Assembly (NCBI GenBank): GCA_018303825.1
Contig: JAGVXK010000021.1
Span: 32,001 to 96,000, forward strand
DNA: 64,000 nt
Direction of reading: 5' to 3'
From: Candidatus Pacearchaeota archaeon
GTDB taxonomy: Archaea; Nanobdellota; Nanobdellia; Pacearchaeales; GW2011-AR1
Part shown: piece after piece, positions 45,071 through 55,201 of the stretch
Numbering within the stretch: the first letter of the stretch is position 1
How the letters are laid out: every line of letters starts with the position of its first letter
Translations under genes and position numbers: made by a program
Notes under the pieces: generated by a model
Told to the model about the DNA's origin: nothing
Seen by the model: the letters and a program-made list of their open reading frames with translations, nothing else
Database searches by the model: none

Positions 45071-48055
45071 TTATATAATATTTTCTTCCCTTATTATCTT
45101 CTCAAGAGTAGGGTTAATGACAAACTCGGCGGCATAAACTCCTTTCTTGTTAGAATCATAATAAAGGTTTATTATTCCTCTGACACCAGCCCGCTTCCCA
45201 ATTTGAGAAACATATTGATTTATTGTCTCCATCCCAGGATGCAAAGCTACCATTGTACTCGAATACCCTATCCCAGTCTGGTGTCTATCTCCGCAAACAA
45301 CAATATCAGCATCATTATTCATCCTTCTCATATGGTCCAAAACACCATAAATCTCATCATGTTGTTCTGGGAATTTGTGCATTCCAAACAACAATAAATT
45401 GTCGGCAATAGTAGATTTTACCCCGACATCATTTCCCAATCCAGAGAATATTTCAACCTGCCCGGAATCAAAATACTTTTCATCAATCATATTCCCGAGA
45501 GATATTGCTTCATCCGCAACCCTTAGTGATTTGTTGGTATGATTTCCACTGATGAAAATTGTTCTCCCGCCATTTTGAAGTATTTTATCCATGTATGGTT
45601 TAACAAGAAGTTTAAACAATCTTTCCTGCAGAGAGAAATTATGGATTGTTATTGCTCTATGATTCCTCATGGCCTGTGCAACTATCCTTTTAGCCTTTTC
45701 CTCCCCTTCAATAGTAGAATCAGTCAGAACAGGGCTAACATATTTCCTAAGAAATTCTTCGGGCATAAGCCCAAGATATCTTGTTCCAGATTTGAAAGTT
45801 CTTTCTTCAACGCCATGTAAAGCTTCATCCAAACTTATTATATCTGGCAGGCCATGTCTAACTTGATAAATTTGAGCGGCTTTTATCATTTGATCTTTGG
45901 AATACCTATCTGGATTGTCAGGAGCACCTAAATGATAATCTCCTGCAACTTCAATCTTTTTAAAATTGACCCTAACTCTTTCCTTTTCTTCCTTTATAAG
46001 CATAAACATTTCTTGCCTTCTTTTCTTCCCAAGCCCTCTATCCTTTAACTGTTCTCTATAGACAGCGATAGCTTCTGCAGATTTCCCTGCTTCTATAAGA
46101 AAAGAGGTATCAAATACATAAAACCTGTTAACTTCTTCCTTATCCTCTGTATGAACTATGGCTGCAGATGAATATGGCCCGCTCAAATATCTCTTTGTAT
46201 GCCAATTCTTGAATCCCTTTTCCACAAGCCACTCTAGCTGTAAAACCGATTGAAGAGTTGGAAGATTTATCAGATATCCAACTTCCTGATTCTCTACAAA
46301 TTTTCCATCAATCAAATGCTCAGAGCCCTTAAACCAAGGCATAACTCTAAATCCTCCGCTAGAATGTCCTCCAAGTAAAATTATATCTGGTTGAATTCTG
46401 TCCATTTCTTTTGCAAAGAACTTTCTCAAAACCATATTTTCATAATTAGAAATAAGTTTTGCATCTTTTATGCTCCTTGGGCCAACAGCATCTGAAAATA
46501 TATTTCTTATATTATGAATAAGCAGCATAGTTTTATTCCCATATTTCCTGACATCAAATTTAATCTCTGCCTTGTCAATCGGCTCACCAAGTATCTTAAT
46601 TCCTGTTGAAACAACCCTCTTCGAGGGAGAAATATGCACAACGGGATGCCTGCTTAATGTCCATCTAAAAAAGTGCGAAGAATATTTATCTTTTGCAACT
46701 TTAAATCCTTGTTCAAGTTCATCTGCAAAAACAGGATATTGGCTTGTGAAGAATGTTACTCCTGCCCTGGCGCTATGAAGCAACTGCTTTGTCCAAGTTA
46801 ATTGGGTTCCAAAATCAACAAATCTAGATTCAACAGCAACTTCTTCTTTATCTTTTACAGCTAATTGCTCATTAATTTTTGCAATTCTTTCCCTTATTTT
46901 ACCAACATCTTTCTTTCTTGAAAGATATTTTATTGCATTATCGAACCCTTCCAAATCTTCTATCTCTAAAGCAGTTTTTTCACTAACAAGAAATTTTTCT
47001 AGATCTTTTTTTCTGCTTTTTGGAGCATCCCACGATTCAGAGATATTCTCTCTTAATCTATCAAATTCCTCTCTCTGTGAATTAACAAAAATCTTATATC
47101 TGCCAGTAAATTCTTTTTTCTCCTCACCAACTTTCTTAAATAAACTTTTGCCACTAACAGCTCTTTCCAAAATATACTTTTCAACTCTCAGGGAAAGCTG
47201 GTCCCGGGAAATATCCAACATAGTTTCAGCTTCTTCATTCATCATCTGCTCTATTGTTTCTTTTTTCCTTCCAGCCATTTCTTGTATTTGCGCAACTTCG
47301 AGATGCTCTACATTCTTTCTATCTTCCTCCCCATATTGAATTCTTAACAAAGTATCTTCTGGAAGGGAGCTCATTAATGTTTTTATCTGGTCTTCGGCAG
47401 CAAGAAATGCATCTGTTAAATCTGTTATTTTCTTTCTTTGGGGGTCATTTACATGTTTTTCATAAAACTCCAGTTGATACTGGTCTTCTATACTATCTTC
47501 AAGCATCTGCTCAGATAATGTCTTTGGTCTTCCATGTCTGTCTACCTTTCCCAAAAACTTTAAATCATGGGCATAACCCTTAGAATAATGCGGCGGAATA
47601 TGCGGGATAACTCCTCCCTGAATTATGACTTCTTTTATATTTGGGGCCAACCCATTGGCTTCAAGAGCAAGCGCAAGCCCCTTCATGGTGTATCTGTCAT
47701 CGAAAGCCTTGGTTCCAAATGCTGGCTCAGCAAGATATAAGGCACAATGCTTCATCTCATCGCCATTTGTCTGGTAGCCCTTTTTCAAAATAGTCATTTC
47801 CAAGGTTTCTGGAGAAATTGCGTGTTTTGTTATTGTCTCTTTCTCAACTTTTTGGGCAACAGAATAAATTTCAATACCTTCCTTTCTTAAAGAATTCAAA
47901 AGTTTTTTAGTCTCGCCTTCAGAAATTCGCAACTTGCCAGAAATCTCGGCAGTAGTAGGCCACTCACTTTCCTTTGCAGATCTTTCTCTTAAAAAATCAA
48001 ACAACCTAATCTCACTATCGGACAAAAATACTAAATTCATACCTCCTTTACTCAT
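45071..48055 (-). CDS. Large protein: N-terminal HTH, coiled coil and two metallophosphoesterase-like regions
   Basis: TTAEISGKLRISEGETKKLLNSL (HTH); second half GDYHLG, LDEALHG, SGNH, GMH, GDRHQ. Confidence 0.75.
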   Translation of the reverse strand: MSKGGMNLVFLSDSEIRLFDFLRERSAKESEWPTTAEISGKLRISEGETKKLLNSLRKEGIEIYSVAQKVEKETITKHAISPETLEMTILKKGYQTNGDEMKHCALYLAEPAFGTKAFDDRYTMKGLALALEANGLAPNIKEVIIQGGVIPHIPPHYSKGYAHDLKFLGKVDRHGRPKTLSEQMLEDSIEDQYQLEFYEKHVNDPQRKKITDLTDAFLAAEDQIKTLMSSLPEDTLLRIQYGEEDRKNVEHLEVAQIQEMAGRKKETIEQMMNEEAETMLDISRDQLSLRVEKYILERAVSGKSLFKKVGEEKKEFTGRYKIFVNSQREEFDRLRENISESWDAPKSRKKDLEKFLVSEKTALEIEDLEGFDNAIKYLSRKKDVGKIRERIAKINEQLAVKDKEEVAVESRFVDFGTQLTWTKQLLHSARAGVTFFTSQYPVFADELEQGFKVAKDKYSSHFFRWTLSRHPVVHISPSKRVVSTGIKILGEPIDKAEIKFDVRKYGNKTMLLIHNIRNIFSDAVGPRSIKDAKLISNYENMVLRKFFAKEMDRIQPDIILLGGHSSGGFRVMPWFKGSEHLIDGKFVENQEVGYLINLPTLQSVLQLEWLVEKGFKNWHTKRYLSGPYSSAAIVHTEDKEEVNRFYVFDTSFLIEAGKSAEAIAVYREQLKDRGLGKKRRQEMFMLIKEEKERVRVNFKKIEVAGDYHLGAPDNPDRYSKDQMIKAAQIYQVRHGLPDIISLDEALHGVEERTFKSGTRYLGLMPEEFLRKYVSPVLTDSTIEGEEKAKRIVAQAMRNHRAITIHNFSLQERLFKLLVKPYMDKILQNGGRTIFISGNHTNKSLRVADEAISLGNMIDEKYFDSGQVEIFSGLGNDVGVKSTIADNLLLFGMHKFPEQHDEIYGVLDHMRRMNNDADIVVCGDRHQTGIGYSSTMVALHPGMETINQYVSQIGKRAGVRGIINLYYDSNKKGVYAAEFVINPTLEKIIREENII

Positions 48056-48384
48056 AAAGCTCTTAAAAATAATCTATTTATAAATTTGATTGTGATGGAA
48101 AATAACCTATATCTTGAGTGTAAAAAATGATAATCTGCTGACAAAAAATTAATTTTGGCGCATTTTTTTATAACTGATAATGATTTATTCAGAAGATTTG
48201 TTATTATTATGGATAATTCTGTTGATTAGCGCAATTATTTTTAAGAATTGTCCATCAGAGAATTCTGAACAAAATATATTCTAATTATCAGAATTCCCTA
48301 TAATTGTATTTGAATTATCATAAAGATTGATGCCTGATTTGAGATAACCACAATTTTTAAAAAGCCTCTTTTGCTAGGAAAAGT

Positions 48385-48501
48385 ATGAAATTCAGCGATG
48401 CTATATTCAGATCAAAGAAAAAAGTTTACAAGCGCGGAATAAGAAGAACCAACAAAAAAGCAAGGTTCGGAAAAATCCTTCAAGAAAATAAAGAATTATA
48501 A
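48385..48501 (+). CDS. Possible 38-aa basic peptide
   Basis: MKFSDAIFRSKKKVYKRGIRRTNKKARFGKILQENKEL; its stop abuts the convergent stop at 48502. Confidence 0.3.
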   Translation: MKFSDAIFRSKKKVYKRGIRRTNKKARFGKILQENKEL

Positions 48502-49176
48502 TTATAATTTCTTTAATTCGTTTATCTCGTCATAACTTATCGAAGAGCCCTTGTATTTTGCAGCATAAATCAATGCCTCCAGGACTTTTTTTCCTTCCAA
48601 ATTAACAATCCCTTTTTTATATGCAACATAAACTAACTCAGCAGACCTGATAAATCTATGGTCTTTAAATTCTTTTAAATTCTGTATATCAAGCCTGACT
48701 GGATGATGCACCTTTTCAGACATTAATTTTTCAAGATTCTCAGGATCTTCCCCGATAATTCTTGTAGTCCTCTCATCAATAGCAATCATATTCTCAATTT
48801 TTCTCTTATTTAATTCAGTTGATAGGGCAAGGCAGGACATTTCAGCATCACTGACAATATTTATTGCCTTGCTCTTGAATCTAAGGGCATGATTTGCCGC
48901 CTGCATTAATCTGTAAGTCTCTTCATTTATTCTGGCTTTGTCAACTCCCAAAATTTCAGGCATTTCCAATATTCCCCTGTTCAATAAGTCAAGAACACGC
49001 AAAGCGCCAAGCTCAAATCTTTCTATGTTTATAGGTCTGTCAATGACTTCTCTTTTCACAGCTTCAGTTATAATGAAATGCCCGTCAAAACTCTTTTTCA
49101 ATTCTTCCAAAACATAAAGCAGCCCATTCATGCTTAAGTTTATCAACGGCCCAGAATCAAAAATAAGGACTTTCAT
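48502..49176 (-). CDS. PIN-domain-like protein
   Basis: LIFDSGPLI, EAVKREV, DAEMSCL, IDERTTR acidic tetrad. Confidence 0.75.
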   Translation of the reverse strand: MKVLIFDSGPLINLSMNGLLYVLEELKKSFDGHFIITEAVKREVIDRPINIERFELGALRVLDLLNRGILEMPEILGVDKARINEETYRLMQAANHALRFKSKAINIVSDAEMSCLALSTELNKRKIENMIAIDERTTRIIGEDPENLEKLMSEKVHHPVRLDIQNLKEFKDHRFIRSAELVYVAYKKGIVNLEGKKVLEALIYAAKYKGSSISYDEINELKKL

Positions 49177-49397
49177 TTTTCGTGTCTCCTAATTAATCTA
49201 ATTAATTTATTAAGATAAACTATAAATGGAGATCTCCAATCTTTCTTCAATTGTGTTTTAATAAGCTTAACAACCTCTTTATCCTTACTGTCTAGTTTAC
49301 TATCTTCAACCTCTTTTATTTTTGATAGTATAATCAAATCCTTTCTATCGTTTAGCACATAATTCTTTTTTTCATATAGGGTTAATTGTAACTTCAT
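49173..49397 (-). CDS. Small hypothetical protein
   Basis: 74 aa, 4-nt overlaps with both neighbours. Confidence 0.6.
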   Translation of the reverse strand: MKLQLTLYEKKNYVLNDRKDLIILSKIKEVEDSKLDSKDKEVVKLIKTQLKKDWRSPFIVYLNKLIRLIRRHEK

Positions 49398-49954
49398 CCG
49401 AAGAACTCCAGAGCCATCTTTGCCCGAGATTTTTCATTTATCGTCTGCATGTACCTTGTCTCTACAGATTTTGACTGCCCAGCATATTCAGCGAGCTCCC
49501 AACTGGTCAGGCCGAGAATCTGGGCAGTTTGTCCGAGAGAAATTCCGTGCTCATAAATTCTGGAAGCCTTGTTAATGCTTGCCTTTCTCAAAACGTCCTG
49601 TATATATTGTTTCATATCGACAGAGCTTTCTTCAAGCGCCTCCCTTGCCTTTTTCAAAAATGAATTGAACTTTTCCTCATCACCTTCCATGGCTGCCCTG
49701 ATAGCAGAAGTAAAATCAAAATTTATCTTCTCAACAAGCTTGTCCCAGTTTTTTATTTTTACATAATCCTTTCTCTCAACAAGTTTTGATAACGCATAAA
49801 CAAGAGTAGCTGTTATCAAACTGCCGGCATCCTGATGCAAAGATGCTGAATGAACTGTTTGATTAGAAACCTGTTTTAAAAGAAAAGAATCTTTTTCAAG
49901 CAATGCCTGTTTGGCTCCCTCTAAAACAGATATTTTATGTTCAACCTCTTCCAT
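49394..49954 (-). CDS. Helical protein with C-terminal UPF0175-like HTH
   Basis: YEHGISLGQTAQILGLTSWEL. Confidence 0.7.
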   Translation of the reverse strand: MEEVEHKISVLEGAKQALLEKDSFLLKQVSNQTVHSASLHQDAGSLITATLVYALSKLVERKDYVKIKNWDKLVEKINFDFTSAIRAAMEGDEEKFNSFLKKAREALEESSVDMKQYIQDVLRKASINKASRIYEHGISLGQTAQILGLTSWELAEYAGQSKSVETRYMQTINEKSRAKMALEFFG

Positions 49955-50041
49955 TTCCCTATAAAATAAACCTAATATTTAAATCTGATGATATATAAAT
50001 CAATAGAAAAGAATTAAAAACTTATAATTCCCAAGTTAAAT

Positions 50042-50599
50042 ATGAACAAAGAAGATATGTGGAAGCCATTTATAACAAATGTAGGATTAATAACCTGCAG
50101 AGATGAAAAGAAAGATAATGTAATGGCCGCTGCTTGGACATATCACATTTCGTACGAGCCAAATCTTATAGCCGTTCTTATCGACGAGGAGGCAACTACT
50201 GTTAAAATGATAGAAAAAAGCAGAGAGTTTGGCGTTCATATTGCATCCATAAAGCAAAATATTCTTTCCAGTATCTCGGGAGGAAACCATGGAGAGAATG
50301 TAGACAAAATAGCAGTATTAAAAGAGTTAGGTTATGAATTCTATGAAGCAGAAAAAATTAAGGCATTGATGATAAAGGGCTGTGCTCTGGCTGTTGAATG
50401 CAGATTAAAAGATATAATAACATTCGGAGGAGACCACAAACTATTCATAGGAGAGATATTGAAAGTTCGCGAAGATGAAGCTGAACCCTTGATATACTGT
50501 GAAAGTAAATATTTCAAGTTCGGAGAAAAAATAGAAAAACCGAATGAAAAAGAGATGAAAAAGATAAAAGGTATAATTGAGAAACACAAGAAGAAATAA
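50042..50599 (+). CDS. Flavin reductase-like protein
   Basis: NVMAAAW, SYEPNLIAV, REFGVHI, VECRL, GDHKLFIGEI. Confidence 0.88.
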   Translation: MNKEDMWKPFITNVGLITCRDEKKDNVMAAAWTYHISYEPNLIAVLIDEEATTVKMIEKSREFGVHIASIKQNILSSISGGNHGENVDKIAVLKELGYEFYEAEKIKALMIKGCALAVECRLKDIITFGGDHKLFIGEILKVREDEAEPLIYCESKYFKFGEKIEKPNEKEMKKIKGIIEKHKKK

Positions 50600-50640
50600 G
50601 TTTCAAAAGCCTTATAAATCTAGATAAATTAAATAAGTAT

Positions 50641-51006
50641 ATGAAAGTCTTGTTAGACAGCAATTTTGTCATTTCATGTGTAAAAAGGAAGATAGATTTT
50701 GTTTTCGAACTTCAAAATCTTGGTTTCAAAGTAATAATACCAAGAGAAGTCATTCAAGAGCTGAAAGATTTAAGATTAAAGTCAAAACATGATGATAGAA
50801 TAGCCATAAATTCTGCGATAGACATGTTTAATTCTATAAAAATAAAAAAAATCAAGCTCGGAGAAGGAAAGATAGACAATAAATTGATTGACTATGGAAA
50901 AAAAGGAGCATATATTGCCTCATTGGATAATTACATTAGAAGAAATATTACAAATAGGGTAGTCATTAACAGCGCAAATAATAAATTGATGATAGAGAGA
51001 GGATAA
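50641..51006 (+). CDS. PIN-domain ribonuclease (Utp24/Fcf1-like)
   Basis: VLLDSNF, PREVIQEL, IDNKLI, IASLD. Confidence 0.82.
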   Translation: MKVLLDSNFVISCVKRKIDFVFELQNLGFKVIIPREVIQELKDLRLKSKHDDRIAINSAIDMFNSIKIKKIKLGEGKIDNKLIDYGKKGAYIASLDNYIRRNITNRVVINSANNKLMIERG

Positions 51007-51410
51007 TGATATCAAACTACCTTAATAGAAACAAGCATTATTTTTATTTTACATTTAGAATATTAGTTGGTTTTTTATTTTTCGTCCACGGAGCTCAAAA
51101 ATTGTTTGGTTGGTTTGCGAGTAAAGGAACATACGCAATCACGACCCAATTAGGTTTGGCAGGAATAATAGAAATATTTGTTGGAATATTGATAATTATT
51201 GGTTTGTTTACAAGGTATGCTGCTATTTTGGGAGCATTGCTGATGATAGCTGCTTATTATCTGGTTCCTATGAAAAGGGGATTATGGCCTTGGCAGAATG
51301 GGGGAGAACTTGCTATTATTTACTTTTTAATTTTTCTCGTTTTCATAGCTTTGGGAGCAGGAAAATTGGCTCTGGATAATTATATTTTCGAAAAAACCAA
51401 GGAAAAGTAG
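51006..51410 (+). CDS. DoxX family membrane protein
   Basis: RILVGFLFFVHGAQKLFG, GLFTR, NGGELA, GAGKLALD. Confidence 0.9.
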   Translation: MISNYLNRNKHYFYFTFRILVGFLFFVHGAQKLFGWFASKGTYAITTQLGLAGIIEIFVGILIIIGLFTRYAAILGALLMIAAYYLVPMKRGLWPWQNGGELAIIYFLIFLVFIALGAGKLALDNYIFEKTKEK

Positions 51411-51472
51411 TTTATTTTTACCATTTTCCAGGTTATAATCATTTTTTTAAACTCAATTCTTTACAATTACAG

Positions 51473-53500
51473 ATGAACAGACTGAAATTTGATTCCCAAG
51501 GAAAATTAGACGGGTTTAAAGGCGCATATGAAGAAGATATTTTAGGTAATAATGAAAATGGCTTTGAAGCAAAAGAATTGAAAAAATCAGATTCCCTGAC
51601 TTTTCTGGAAGATAAAAAAATAGAAAACATATTAGAAAAGGAATACTGGAGTTTATTTGAAGAAAATAAAGAGTTGTTGCCTTTAAAGTTCTCAAATGGA
51701 AAGACACAGGAAGATATTGTAAAGGAGGTAATTGACCTGATTAAGAAAGGAGAAAAAGTGATATTCATTCATGGCGTCTGTGGCACGGGAAAAAGCGCCA
51801 TTGCCCTTAACATTGCAAGGGTTTTGGGAAAAACAAGCATAGTTGTTCCTATAAAGGGCCTTCAAAGACAATATGAAGAAGATTATATGGGAAAGAAATA
51901 TCTTGTCAAACATGGAAAGAAGATGAAAATAGCAATGATTACAGGAAGAGATAATCATGATTCTATTATTAAACCGGGAAAATCATGCAATGACCCTTTT
52001 CTTCCAGATACAATACAAATAGTTGAAAAAAACCTTCCTTTATTGGAAGAGTTCTATGAAAACAATCCTTTGATAAAAAATAAAGACCTCTTCAACATAA
52101 AAAAGATGAAAAGAATTGCTATTGCGCCAAGCAATCCCTATTGGAGCCCTATTATTCGGGCAGACATACAAATTCCTTTAGAAGATGCAAAGAAAAAGAA
52201 ATACAGAGGATTGAATGGGAAGGATTTCATATTTTATCATAGGAAGAATGGATGCTCCTACTATGACCAATATCAGGCATACCTAGATTCAGATATTATC
52301 ATATTTAATTCTGCAAAATATAAGATAGAAGTTGACTTAGACAGAAAACCAGAAACAGAAGTAGAAATAATAGATGAGGCAGATGAATTTTTAGACAGTT
52401 TTTCAACTCAGCAGGAAATCAATTTGAATAAAACCCTTAATGCACTCAGATACATGAAATTTGACGACATGGAAACTGACAAGATAATAGATTCAATCAT
52501 AGAGTTTATCAAATTAGAAGAAAAAAATAAAAGACTTCTTGGAATAGACGAAACTAAAATATACAGGCTAAGAGAGACAAAAATAGGAGACATGATAAGA
52601 ACAATGATAAAATTTCCCGAGATAAGAGTAGAACTGGAGCTTGATGAGGCAAATTACGCAAGAAATCTCATTGAACTAGTAGAAAATTTTAAGGAATTTT
52701 TTGATGAAACATATGTAAGCTTCAGAAAAGACGGGGAAGACCTTATCGCAGGATTAGTGACAACAGAATTGTCAAAAAGGTTTGAAAAACTGAAGAGCAA
52801 AACAAAAGCATTGGTATTTATGTCGGGTACACTTCATAACGAGTCTGTGCTGAAGAATGTATTCGGAGTCAAGAATTATAAAATAGTAGAAGCAGAAACA
52901 CTTCATCAGGGAAATATTGAAATAATAAGAACAGGAGAAGAGTTTGACTGCAAATATGCCAACTTTCAATCAAACAAGCATTCAAGAGAGCAATATCTTA
53001 AGGCATTATTATCTTCTTTAAATAAAGCACAGAAGCCAATACTGATTCATGTCAACGCATATGACGATCTTCCAACAATGCTTGAGAGAGACAAGTTTGG
53101 GCTTATAGGCCTAATGCCAAAAGAAACCTTAATAGAAATACAGCAGGAAGATAAAACAGGCAGATTAATATCAACATTCAAATCAAAGTTGAGTGATACT
53201 TTATTTACAACAAAATGCTCCCGCGGAGTTGACTTTCCAGGAGATGTGTGCAATAGTGTTATTTTCACAAAATACCCAAATCCAAACGTAAGGGGAGTAT
53301 TTTGGAAAATCCTAAAAAAAACACATGGATATTATTATTGGGATTTTTATTTTGATAAAGCTAAAAGAGAATTTCTTCAGAAGATATACCGCGCCTTGAG
53401 AAGCAAGGACGACCATGTTTATGTCCTTTCTCCGGATATAAGAGTCATAAATGCGGTCAGAGAGTTGCAGTTGAAAAGATGGAATGGGAAAGGAGATTAG
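51473..53500 (+). CDS. Superfamily 2 helicase, XPD/DinG-like
   Basis: GVCGTGKS Walker A, IIDEAD, MSGT, SRGVDFPG, Q..YR..RS. Confidence 0.82.
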   Translation: MNRLKFDSQGKLDGFKGAYEEDILGNNENGFEAKELKKSDSLTFLEDKKIENILEKEYWSLFEENKELLPLKFSNGKTQEDIVKEVIDLIKKGEKVIFIHGVCGTGKSAIALNIARVLGKTSIVVPIKGLQRQYEEDYMGKKYLVKHGKKMKIAMITGRDNHDSIIKPGKSCNDPFLPDTIQIVEKNLPLLEEFYENNPLIKNKDLFNIKKMKRIAIAPSNPYWSPIIRADIQIPLEDAKKKKYRGLNGKDFIFYHRKNGCSYYDQYQAYLDSDIIIFNSAKYKIEVDLDRKPETEVEIIDEADEFLDSFSTQQEINLNKTLNALRYMKFDDMETDKIIDSIIEFIKLEEKNKRLLGIDETKIYRLRETKIGDMIRTMIKFPEIRVELELDEANYARNLIELVENFKEFFDETYVSFRKDGEDLIAGLVTTELSKRFEKLKSKTKALVFMSGTLHNESVLKNVFGVKNYKIVEAETLHQGNIEIIRTGEEFDCKYANFQSNKHSREQYLKALLSSLNKAQKPILIHVNAYDDLPTMLERDKFGLIGLMPKETLIEIQQEDKTGRLISTFKSKLSDTLFTTKCSRGVDFPGDVCNSVIFTKYPNPNVRGVFWKILKKTHGYYYWDFYFDKAKREFLQKIYRALRSKDDHVYVLSPDIRVINAVRELQLKRWNGKGD

Positions 53501-53820
53501 ATAATCTTAAGTTCTTTTAAGGATATATCAACAAGCTTTTCCACAAGTGAGAGATTGATGTTTATGTATCTTTTTGTTATTCTCAGATTTAGCTCTGATT
53601 TTACTCTATTTATTACCTTCTCTCTTATATCTTTAATATCATGAATAGGAAGAACTTTATCTATTGGATTTATCTTTTCTCTATATTTTTTTGCAATTTC
53701 TAAACTATTTTTAACTTTTTTGCCATAGACAGTTGCAATCTCAGGCTTATCTATCGCTTTCTCTAGTATTTTATGGGCAAATACCCATAAGTTAAGAGAG
53801 AAAATAAAAAAAGATATCAT
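53497..53820 (-). CDS. Hypothetical protein
   Basis: 107-aa ORF downstream of serS; start uncertain. Confidence 0.55.
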   Translation of the reverse strand: MISFFIFSLNLWVFAHKILEKAIDKPEIATVYGKKVKNSLEIAKKYREKINPIDKVLPIHDIKDIREKVINRVKSELNLRITKRYININLSLVEKLVDISLKELKII

Positions 53821-53854
53821 TGATGCGATTTGGGATAAGATAAGGTTTGAATAA

Positions 53855-55201
53855 TTATTTCTTAGCTTTCTTTTCTTTCTTAATTAGTTTTGATTCTTTT
53901 TTGTCTGGTTTTTCTGCTTTCTTATCTTGCTTTTGAGTTTTTGCTTTAATTTCCTTAAAACCAGTATAGGGCCAAAGAGCCTTCGGAATCTTTATGCTTC
54001 CATCTGCTTGCTGATGATTGTCAACAAGACAGACCATTGCTCTTTCCGTTGCAATTGCCGTATTATTAAGTGTATTCACAAATTGCAGTTCATTTCCTTT
54101 TTGGTATTTTATATTACTTCTTCTTGCCTGATAGTCTGTGCAGTTTGAACAGCTTCCAAGTTCTCTGTATACTTCTTGCGATGGGAACCATCCTTCAACG
54201 TCTATTGTCTTTGTTGCAACTCTGCCTAAGTCTTCTGATGCCAGGCAGACTGTCCTGAATGGAATTTCCAATGCCCTGAATATTTCTATTGTGTTATCTA
54301 ATATTAAGTCAAACTCATTCCATGCATCTTCTGGCTTGCAGAATATGAACTGCTCTACTTTTTCAAATTGATGAATTCTAAAAATTCCTTTTGTGTCTTT
54401 TCCGTGCGCTCCTGCTTCTTTTCTAAAGCAAGGAGAAATGCCAGCATATCTTAAAGGAAGAGAATTAGGATTAAGAGTTTCGTTTGAATGATAGGCATTT
54501 ATTGCATGTTCAGCTGTACCGATTAAATATAAATCTTCGCCTTCTATTTTATATATCATTTCCTCAAAAGCTGCAAGCGGGATTGCCCCTGCTAAAATAT
54601 CTTTTCTAAGCATGTAAGGCGGCTGTATTAAAATGAATCCTTTGCTTTTTAATAAATCGAGGGCAAAACTAATAATTGCAAAATTTAACCTGACAAGATC
54701 GCCTTTAAGGTAATAAAATCTTGAGCCTGCAACTTCAGATGCCTTCTGCGTGTCTAAAAGATCAAGAGCTATTAAAACATCTGCATGATCTTTGTGCTTA
54801 AATGCTGCCTTTGGAACCTTGCCATATTCTTTCAGTACCTTATTCTTTGAAGCATCCCCGGTAGGTGTCTCCTTTGAAACTATATTGGGTATTTCTCTCA
54901 AAAGAGAATCTCTTTTCTTCTTTGTCTCATTCATTTCCTTTTCCTTATTAGCCAACTGCTGCGGGATAAGTTTCGCTTCTTTCATCAGGGCATCAATATT
55001 CTTTCCCGCTTTCTTTGCCTCGCTTATTTGTATGGATATCTTGTTTCTTTTTGCTCTTAAAGAATCAACTTCCTCCTTCAAATCTCTCCACTTCTTGTCC
55101 AAATCAAACACCTTATCCACATCCCGCTCGTTCATCCCTCTCCTCTTCTGACTATCTTTTACTAATTCCTTATTCTCCCTTATCAATTTGATATCTAACA
55201 T
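53855..55201 (-). CDS. serS: Serine-tRNA ligase
   Basis: MLDIKLIRE, GSRFYYL, GTAEH, FRKEAG...GIFRIHQFEKVE, ELGSCSNCTDYQARR, TLNNTAIAT. Confidence 0.97.
   Translation of the reverse strand: MLDIKLIRENKELVKDSQKRRGMNERDVDKVFDLDKKWRDLKEEVDSLRAKRNKISIQISEAKKAGKNIDALMKEAKLIPQQLANKEKEMNETKKKRDSLLREIPNIVSKETPTGDASKNKVLKEYGKVPKAAFKHKDHADVLIALDLLDTQKASEVAGSRFYYLKGDLVRLNFAIISFALDLLKSKGFILIQPPYMLRKDILAGAIPLAAFEEMIYKIEGEDLYLIGTAEHAINAYHSNETLNPNSLPLRYAGISPCFRKEAGAHGKDTKGIFRIHQFEKVEQFIFCKPEDAWNEFDLILDNTIEIFRALEIPFRTVCLASEDLGRVATKTIDVEGWFPSQEVYRELGSCSNCTDYQARRSNIKYQKGNELQFVNTLNNTAIATERAMVCLVDNHQQADGSIKIPKALWPYTGFKEIKAKTQKQDKKAEKPDKKESKLIKKEKKAKK

Noticed and set aside
48056-48384. Replication origin in the AT-rich spacer
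   Set aside because: No ORB-like repeats recognised and no orc1/cdc6 nearby; only loose GATAAT/ATTATC words
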